A DNA stretch of 5,837 nt, taken from the NCBI GenBank assembly GCA_905331015.1, contig CAJNXB010004379.1, positions 67,436 to 73,272 of the forward strand. Reading direction: 5' to 3'. This document shows, piece by piece, positions 1 through 5,806 of the stretch (its first letter is position 1; every line of letters begins with the position of its first letter). The position numbers and the translations under genes are program-made. Under the pieces are notes generated by a model that did no database searches, had not been told where the DNA came from, and saw only the letters and a list, made by a program, of their open reading frames with translations. Origin of the DNA: Rotaria socialis. Its lineage: Eukaryota.

Positions 1-88
1 AAGCTTTTTAAATAAAATAAAATGCCAAAAATATCGAGTATTTTCTTTCTACGAGAGTGTGGGTGCTCATAATAGAAATAACTACAAG

Positions 89-107
89 CACACCCACACC
101 CACACCC
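89..107. repeat. Short hexamer tract CA(CACCCA)2CACCC, equal to (TGTGGG)n on the minus strand; telomere-like
   Basis: Direct reading of cacacccacacccacaccc at 89-107. A reverse-complement partner gtgtgggtg lies at 57-65. Confidence 0.7.
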
Positions 108-196
108 GATGTTTGCCTTTTAAGATTCAAGTTCTATATTCACAATAGTCGCACGTTAAGAATTTGTTGAGTAAGACTTTTTTTTCTTTTCTCAGC

Positions 197-202
197 TTTA
201 TT
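197..202 (-). promoter_or_regulatory. Candidate polyadenylation signal AATAAA for the MCT-like gene
   Basis: The plus strand reads tttatt, so the minus strand reads AATAAA, about 190 nt 3' of the stop codon. This hexamer is common by chance in AT-rich DNA. Confidence 0.3.
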
Positions 203-394
203 CTGTCAGTTGAAGTTTGTGCCAAATCTTGTGGATGTAGGTAGTAGTTAGCAAAGAGACTGCACCTGCATTCACACACGCAAAAAGACCGAAACTAATA
301 CTTAAAAAAAGCGAAAATGAAAGAATTACATTAGTTCCTTTTTGAATTATTCATCAAAAAAAACGCATTGAATTAATGAAACAAGAAAAAAATA

Positions 395-582
395 TCAAAC
401 ATCAATGTTTTCCATTTCTTTTTCGACTACTTTTTTTTCTTGCAAACGTTCGAGTTGAACACGTGATAAACACATATGAAGGAAAGCACTAATTATGATC
501 ATTGCATCACTAAGCATAAATGCTAAGTTATAGCTGTTACGGTAACTTACGAAATAACCTATTTTTGAAATTACGTGATGAT
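395..582 (-). CDS. MCT-like gene, coding exon 10 (terminal)
   Basis: Acceptor ttatttatttctaaaatAG (AG at 583-584, 65-nt intron). An alternative in-frame AG at 559-560 would start the exon at 558. Translation DHHVISKIGYFVSYRNSYNLAFMLSDAMIIISAFLHMCLSRVQLERLQEKKVVEKEMENIDV. Stop TGA at 395-397. Confidence 0.7.
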
Positions 583-2585
583 CTATTTTAGAAATAAATA
601 ATAAAGTTTTATATTATTGTTTCTTGTTTTTCATTTTTAGTATCAACCTGTAGCAAATACTCCAATTGACTTTGAAACACCACGAACAAGAAGTAGAACA
701 CTAATAGCTGTTATATACCGATCAAGACCAGCACAATCACATATTACACTTAGTAAAAGTGACGCATGAGGTGCTAAAAGAAATATTTTTGCATAATATA
801 ATTTTTATATATTTAATATCATGTTCATACCAATGACAAAACCAAATACACCAGCATAGAGCGCAAGAGTTATGAAGTTATTTGCATAAGCAGCTAAAAC
901 GGTTACAATACCAGCAATGAATAAAAATGTATTATGAACGCGTAAAGCACTGAGATGAGGTATCATAGTCATAAATCCTCCTGAAAGTAGGCCTAATGTA
1001 TAGAAAAATTCTAAAAAAAGAAAAATAGATTATAATTTAGTTCCTCATCGTGTTGTTATGTTTCTTTTGCATTTACCAAATACGTTTCTTAAACGTAATG
1101 CACTTCTTATATCTAACCCATGACCATAAACTGCAAGTAAAACAAGATTCACGATTGATAAACCATATCCAACCATAGAAAAAACATTTCCGATATAAAT
1201 TAGTAGCATCTGCCAATTTTTCAATATTGAAAAATTTATCATCGATGGTGCATACGTGTTGCTTTGTGATGTATGAAATTGTTGTTTTGAGCCAGTGAAT
1301 AGTACATCTTTTTTATCTAATGGACGACATGCATTTTCTGCATCGGGAACTCCAAAGAGATGAGAAACATTTGCATTCGATGATGGTCGACGTGATGGTG
1401 ATATTGTGTTAGTACCACCATGTGAAGATGTTACAATTAAATTTGAAACATCAGGAGCATTAATTTGATCATTCGTATTCATTGCATGATTGTAGAACGA
1501 TGATGGCTATGAAAATATAAACTTTATTTTTGCAAATATTAATATATTTCAAGTTTACCATATTCGCATCATCAGTTGACGATGCTGTTGTAAGATCCGG
1601 TTTTGTTTTTATGATATCCTTATATGTAATATTATACAATAAATAAACAAAATGATTAGATACTTACAATGATTTTACATCCGTTCGCTGTATTGGTACT
1701 CGCTCTGGTTTTAATGGTTTCATTATTGTTCCGAATAAAATACATGTCAGCATGATAAAAGCAAGTGTAAGTAAAGCACGTTGCCAACCAAACGTTTCCA
1801 TCACATACTTAGACCATGGATAAAATATTAAAGCACCAATGTTTCCGCCAGCCATAACGAATCCTAAAACAAGCAATACACAAATCTAAACACAGCATTG
1901 ACTAACTGATCATATACCATTGACAATAGCTCGTTTTTTGTCAAAATAAAATGAAATCACTACTATTGATCTAGATTTATCGAGAAAAAAAGAAAATTAT
2001 GGATACATTCTTTTTTAAATAATTCTACGAACGAAAGATAAACCATGCAAAAAAACACACTGCCAATTATTCCATGAATAATTATGAGTTCCATAAGATT
2101 TCTTGACATAGTTAATATAAATGTACAAGCAGCTGAACCAATACTTCCAATTATAATTGTTAGTCGAAAACTATATCTCTTAGAGAGAACTGATACAATT
2201 GGACCTTTACAAAAAAAAAATAACTGTTTTAGTTTTCGTAAAAAGACGAAATTAAACATACCAACTAATAAATAAATGCCACAAGGAGCAGATACCGCGA
2301 GAAGAATAATCATGTCAGAACATCCAAAATGTTTTTGTAAATTAAATTTCATGCTATCGAAAGTAAACAATGTCCCATCACAAACAAGATTACAAAGCTA
2401 AGTCGATGAGCAAAATAAAATAAAATAAATATTAATGATAATAAATTTAAAAAATAAAATACCATCGCAGTAATAGCAATTACCCAACCATAACCTCCAT
2501 CAGGTAGTTTTGTAATATATTCGTATTTTTCATCAACAACCTGTTCGCTTTCTTCAATTCGTTTCTTTTTCGGTGTATCACTCAT
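395..2585 (-). CDS. Monocarboxylate-transporter-like MFS protein (SLC16/MCT family); whole coding span, 10 coding exons, about 550 aa
   Basis: The minus-strand ORF fragments join through nine GT-AG introns (52-66 nt) into one 1653-nt frame, ATG 2583-2585 to TGA 395-397. The conceptual protein carries SLC16 hallmarks: PDGGYGW, GPIVSVLSKRYSFR, YFDKKRAIVNGFVMAGGNIG, FGWQRALL and YAGVFGFVIG. Motif spacing matches human MCT1 as I recall that sequence: 52 residues from GW to GP, 17 from GIIG to YF, 87 from GNV to YAG. There is a long S/T/N-rich loop between TM6 and TM7. Confidence 0.88.
648..773 (-). CDS. MCT-like gene, coding exon 9
   Basis: Acceptor ttcttttAG (AG at 774-775, 57-nt intron). Translation APHASLLLSVICDCAGLDRYITAISVLLLVRGVSKSIGVFAT. 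Donor GTTGAT at 647-642; the frame hits TGA immediately if unspliced. Confidence 0.8.
831..1010 (-). CDS. MCT-like gene, coding exon 8
   Basis: Acceptor ctttttttAG (AG at 1011-1012, 66-nt intron). Translation EFFYTLGLLSGGFMTMIPHLSALRVHNTFLFIAGIVTVLAAYANNFITLALYAGVFGFVI. Donor GTATGA at 830-825. This acceptor gives exactly 87 residues from GNV to YAG, as in human MCT1. Confidence 0.8.
1077..1506 (-). CDS. MCT-like gene, coding exon 7
   Basis: Acceptor ttttcatAG (AG at 1507-1508, 52-nt intron). Translation starts PSSFYNHAMNTNDQINAPDVSN, runs through an S/T/N-rich loop, then TM7: ILKNWQMLLIYIGNVFSMVGYGLSIVNLVLLAVYGHGLDIRSALRLRNVF. Donor GTAAAT at 1076-1071, phase 1. Confidence 0.85.
1559..1618 (-). 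CDS. MCT-like gene, coding exon 6 (60-nt micro-exon, possibly a cassette)
   Basis: Acceptor AG at 1619-1620 (60-nt intron), donor GTAAAC at 1558-1553, phase 0/0. Translation DIIKTKPDLTTASSTDDANM. It lies in the variable TM6-TM7 loop, so homology gives no support, and skipping it also keeps frame. Confidence 0.55.
1679..1863 (-). CDS. MCT-like gene, coding exon 5
   Basis: Acceptor ttgttttAG (AG at 1864-1865, 54-nt intron). Translation GFVMAGGNIGALIFYPWSKYVMETFGWQRALLTLAFIMLTCILFGTIMKPLKPERVPIQRTD. Donor GTAAAA at 1678-1673, phase 0. Confidence 0.75.
1918..1970 (-). CDS. MCT-like gene, coding exon 4
   Basis: Acceptor AG at 1971-1972 (62-nt intron). Split S, then SIVVISFYFDKKRAIVN plus a split G. 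Donor GTATAT from 1917. Confidence 0.75.
2033..2204 (-). CDS. MCT-like gene, coding exon 3
   Basis: Acceptor AG at 2205-2206 after a T10 tract (57-nt intron). Translation GPIVSVLSKRYSFRLTIIIGSIGSAACTFILTMSRNLMELIIIHGIIGSVFFCMVYL. The 3' end is placed at the unusual donor GTTCGT (2032-2027) because only this junction restores family spacing to YFDKKR. Read-through ends at TAG 1963-1965. Confidence 0.72.
2262..2397 (-). CDS. MCT-like gene, coding exon 2
   Basis: Acceptor AG at 2398-2399 (65-nt intron). Translation LCNLVCDGTLFTFDSMKFNLQKHFGCSDMIILLAVSAPCGIYLLV plus a split G. Donor GTATGT from 2261, phase 1. Confidence 0.85.
2463..2585 (-). CDS. MCT-like gene, coding exon 1
   Basis: ATG at 2583-2585. 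Translation MSDTPKKKRIEESEQVVDEKYEYITKLPDGGYGWVIAITAM. Ends in phase 0 at donor GTATTT (2462 downward). Confidence 0.85.
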
Positions 2586-2604
2586 TGATCTATTTATTTT
2601 TTGT

Positions 2605-2620
2605 CTGAGAACAAAAACAA
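2605..2620 (-). promoter_or_regulatory. 3' splice-acceptor-like site (ttgtttttgttctcAG) 19 nt upstream of the start codon
   Basis: The minus strand reads ttgtttttgttctcag|acaaaaaataaatagatcaATG, a pyrimidine tract plus CAG. This would fit a 5'UTR intron acceptor or an SL trans-splice site. Confidence 0.35.
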
Positions 2621-2665
2621 TATATTTCGAACTAAAGGATAGTTAATCATTGAGAATCGAATCAA

Positions 2666-2701
2666 CAAAAAGCAATCCAAAAAGCAATCCAAAAAGAAGT
2701 C
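2666..2701. repeat. 12-bp tandem repeat x3 (caaaaagcaatc, caaaaagcaatc, caaaaagaagtc) upstream of the MCT-like gene
   Basis: Direct reading. Units 1 and 2 are identical; unit 3 has 3 mismatches. It lies 81-116 bp upstream of the ATG. Confidence 0.8.
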
Positions 2702-4033
2702 GAATCGAATCGACTTTTTTTCAGTCTTATTCGCTTATTAAAAATGATATTGTTTGCTCAACAGTGTTACGGTTGAAGCAGTTGAGCAGCATAGGAGATG
2801 ACGAACGGAAAAAGAACGTCCGTCGTTTCTCTTCCTTTCTGTCGCCGTGCTTGTTTACCGGTCATTTCCTATTAGCGTTATCATTGGTCGAACGCACTTT
2901 GATTGTTACAACAAACGTCTATTCTCTCTTTCGTTAGGCATGTATATGTCGTATCGAAGTGAATGGATGGAAAAATATCGAAAACATCACCCTTACTGTT
3001 ACATCCACATTTTCATCCCTCAATTTTGTTTTCGACATTTTCCCATCATACCTTAGATTCATCTGCAGTCAATCAAATTATTTTTCTTCGTTTGATAGAA
3101 AATAAACTTGTTTGATAAGTCTACTTAAATGTGCTCATTGTTATATATTCTACGTATTTTTTCTTGAGACGATCGACAGACAACTCTCATTCTGAGAAGA
3201 TGACAGCCTAAAAAACAATACTATGCAATGCTGAATATCAATTACAGAACTATAAATTTGCTTTCTAAAAATAAGGAATAAACATGATTAGAATTATTTC
3301 GTTGAATGCTGATAATTCTATATACAATTTTAATAAGTAAATTTTCGATTCGGACACGTATTTTATCCTATCAGACAAAGTTGATATTTTACAATTTTTA
3401 CCTTGGTCTAATCCGTTAAAAAGTATTGGTTTCGATAGGCATAACACCAAATCGACTTTGTTTGAATCGAAATCGGCTTCGAATTTTCATTAACACTTTT
3501 AGGATCATGTCGGAACCGAAACTATTGACATTTCTTGGGAATGATATCACTCACTTTCATTCGTAATGTCCTTTTTGTCACTTCTGCCTTTCTTTTGTTT
3601 TTCAGAAACTTGTAAAATAAATTTCCGAATGATTTTCAAGTCTTGAAATCTATAATTTCCTTCTTGGTCAGAAAGTAAAATTCCAATTTTTTTGCAAATC
3701 GAAACCAGAAGGGATTTTTACCGCATTAAGAATCGTTTTTTACTAGAATTCGATTTATTGATATTTTATCGAAAGAAAAATACGAGGCCTATTGACGATT
3801 CAACGAATGATTACCTTCTAAATCAAATACTTTATTTTTAGATACACAACATAACGTATGAAAAAGAAACTTTCCAAAGTCATGTAGAAAAAAATCACAG
3901 AGATGTCATAATATCCTAACACTGGGTATCGTCGACATACCAGTCACGATATCCATTCAAGGGGATATCTAAATCATTATGAATAATGGCACCTTGATAA
4001 TCATTGCAAAAATAGATGATAAATGAGGTCCAT

Positions 4034-4542
4034 TCAGACAAACTTCGTTACCTTTAATATAGTATGCCAAAAAATATACGAAGCCAATGTAGCTTCAATG
4101 GACCATCGAATAAGGACTACGTATGTAATGGTGTAGTCGATCTTCGTTAAATAAAAACATGTGTAGAGAAATGCAGCAACCACGTAGATGAACATTAATA
4201 TCACTTCTTGTTTTAATAAACAAATTATGTTGAAGACTATTCCACTATTGCTACAGTTTAAATCAGACCATTCGGAATTAATAAAGAGTAGAACGAAAAA
4301 TTAATTGGGAGAAAGATATATGTCTGGATATAAATTCGAATGATGACGTGAACAAGTAACCAAATTTCTACATTACTAATACATGAAAATTCTTTGTCTT
4401 CGGTTAATGCCAATTTTTTTAGTAATATGACGAGATTTTTGATCCACTTGAAAGTATTCGAGACAAGTGAAAATATGTCATGTAGAACCAGAATTTGATG
4501 CTCTTTCTGAATGTGCTCAGAAATTTTTTGTCTAATTTTGTT
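4034..4542 (-). CDS. Candidate exons of an unclassified multi-pass membrane-protein gene, or a frameshifted pseudogene
   Basis: Absent from the supplied track because it has no ATG. There are two stop-free minus-strand frames, 4261-4542 (94 codons) and 4037-4300 (88 codons), one frame apart and overlapping. They can be joined by a GT-AG intron at 4251-4294 (44 nt; or 4245-4294, 50 nt; donor GTTCTA), or by restoring one T in the T5 run at 4296-4300. The translation is hydrophobic and aromatic-rich and poor in K/N: EIWLLVHVIIRIYIQTYIFLPINF, GIVFNIICLL, VILMFIYVVAAFLYTCFYL, YVVLIRWSIEATLASYIFW. An AG at 4543-4544 could serve as acceptor. The frame stops at 4034-4036. Alternatively, a 59-nt intron at 3993-4051 leads to VPLFIMI and a stop at 3969-3971. 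Confidence 0.3.
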
Positions 4543-4568
4543 CTAGAGTATTGAGGGAATATCTAAGA
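4444..4568 (+). repeat. Repeat module copy A (~125 bp)
   Basis: By-eye alignment gives about 80% identity to the reverse complement of 5142-5270 and about 65-70% to 4641-4745. Shared strings include ccacttgaaagta.tcgagacaagtgaaaa and tcatgtagaa.cagaatt.gatgctct. Confidence 0.8.
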
Positions 4569-4640
4569 GGCATAAAAAATTAATTTGGACGGAACAAGTG
4601 GGTCGAAGTTTCTGTACAGTATATTTTTTATTTTGGCTTG

Positions 4641-4745
4641 CTTGAAAGTATGTCGTACGCATTAAAAGCTATGGACTAGAACCAAAATTTTGCACTCTTT
4701 CTGAATATTGACCTGGAAAATTTCTGTCTGTTTTTGGTTGAGATT
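4641..4745 (+). repeat. Repeat module copy B (direct, more diverged, 5'-truncated)
   Basis: The string cttgaaagtatgtcg...tagaaccaaaattttgcactctttctgaatattg...tttctgtctg aligns with copy A from its cttgaaagta onward. Confidence 0.65.
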
Positions 4746-5141
4746 AGTTATTTCATTTTGTTAAGGCTTAAAAGATTATCTCCAGCAATGAATAACAGGT
4801 TTAGCTAACTTCTATAGGTCCCATGGTAAAGATGCTAACATTTATCCGACTCGATAATTTTTGTACAGCAAATATGTTTTTACAAATGAAATATTGAATT
4901 AATCTGTAGTTTATACTCAAATAAAACTATAGGCATTTCGTGTGTAACGAACTTTTTACGAAAAAGAGTGCAAGAATAACGAAAATTGAGGTGTTTTCCC
5001 AAAAGACAAAAAAAAGAACGGAAATAGTGAATTTCGTAGGATAAATTTTGCTCTACAAGTTAATGTATTAATAAAGGTTCCGACTTTTAGTTACCGATTC
5101 CAATAATGGAAATACGAAAATGTATGGAAAATTGTTCAGGT

Positions 5142-5270
5142 CTTTCTAAGATTCCCTTCCTACTCCGGAGAAAAATCAGACAAAAACTTTCGGAGCCCAT
5201 ATTCAAACAGAGCATCGAATTCTGTTTCTACATGATTCCTTTTCACTTGTCTCGAGTACTTTCAAGTGGG
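5142..5270 (-). repeat. Repeat module copy C (inverted relative to A)
   Basis: The reverse complement reads cccacttgaaagtactcgagacaagtgaaaaggaatcatgtagaaacagaattcgatgctctgtttgaat...gggaatcttagaaag. It is collinear with copy A. Confidence 0.8.
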
Positions 5271-5638
5271 TAAAAAATGAACAAATATTTTGTCCCGTAA
5301 CTTTCGCACCACGATCTATATGATAAATGAGTCCTACCACTTGTTTATTTCCTATGTTCAATTTTGCCTAGTTTTTTTTCTGTCTACCATCGATAGTACA
5401 ACTCGATGAATGATGCCCAAAAGTTATTTGTAGTTCAACTATTTTTTCTTATTCACTGCTCTCGTCTAGTCATTTGCTGTTTCTTTCATCAATAGCCTCA
5501 CTCATTATTCAAGGACAACGAACAGTTTAGCACCAATCAGGAATGTGCCAAAGAAGAAATAAGAAGATATAGCTGTCATAAGTTAGTTTGATGAAAGTGA
5601 AAGGTTGACTGTTACAACGAATACTGACTCGTTGATGA

Positions 5639-5646
5639 TATAAATA
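5639..5646 (+). promoter_or_regulatory. TATA-like box TATAAATA, with CCAAT at 5533-5537 upstream
   Basis: Direct reading. No ATG occurs between about 5668 and the ATG at 5807. TATA-like strings are common in AT-rich DNA. Confidence 0.2.
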
Positions 5647-5806
5647 AGCTCGTTCAATATTTGAATGTTAATCGATTTAAAATACTCTTGTTGTTATATA
5701 TAATAAAAGTATCAATTTTTCACATATAATCTTTCTTTAAAATTTTGTAAACGTCGGGAATTTATTACAACTAGAAAACAAAAAATTCGTCTTAAATTCA
5801 ACCAAA

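Noticed and set aside
981-982. Alternative in-frame acceptor tttcAG inside exon 8, which would remove EFFYTLGLLS
   Set aside because: The upstream AG at 1011-1012 gives a 66-nt intron like the others. It also gives exactly the 87-residue GNV-to-YAG spacing of MCT1, whereas the downstream AG would need a 96-nt intron and a 10-residue deletion in TM8.
1662-1667. Consensus-looking donor GTAAGT just after exon 5
   Set aside because: Using it leaves phase 2, and every downstream acceptor then runs into a stop (TTG ATA TCA TAA and similar). The GTAAAA donor at 1678 keeps the frame into exons 6 and 7.
1963-2006. Alternative intron 3 (donor GTATCC at 2006-2001, acceptor AG at 1963-1964, 44 nt, good pyrimidine tract)
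   Set aside because: It is in frame, but it inserts the charged ELFKKE into the TM4 region and lengthens the GIIG-to-YF spacing from the family-typical 17 residues to 23. I keep it as a fallback pending transcript data.
2084-2275. Plus-strand 63-aa ORF from the track
   Set aside because: It lies antisense to exon 3 and intron 2 of the well-supported transporter gene. Its translation is low-complexity and K/N/I-rich. It is most simply a shadow ORF.
1963-2370. The 135-aa track ORF read as one continuous coding region
   Set aside because: It reads through intron 2 (2205-2261) and past the exon 3 donor, producing non-family sequence such as FNFVFLRKLKQLFFFCK and ELFKKECIHNF. Splicing restores the SLC16 motifs and spacing.
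2698-2721. Hairpin AGTCGA-N6-TCGACT followed by a T-run, resembling a rho-independent terminator
   Set aside because: The context is a spliced eukaryotic gene region and the stem is only 6 bp. I do not call it a terminator; it is noted only as part of the upstream repeat block.
2755-2788. 8-bp inverted repeat tgctcaac ... gttgagca with an 18-nt loop
   Set aside because: It is short and isolated, with no flanking conservation or RNA-gene features. A match of this size is expected by chance in a few kb.
2650-3056. Two overlapping plus-strand ORFs (95 aa and 69 aa) in the upstream region
   Set aside because: The first starts at TTG and reads through the 12-bp tandem repeat, giving SNPKSNPK. 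Neither resembles any family I recognise. This stretch is somewhat GC-richer, which lowers stop density. No spliceable join looks convincing, so I treat the region as promoter/5' flanking DNA.
3265-3450. Minus-strand 61-aa ORF from the track
   Set aside because: It has a TTG start, AT-rich filler composition and no recognisable motifs. No flanking splice logic links it to either neighbouring gene.
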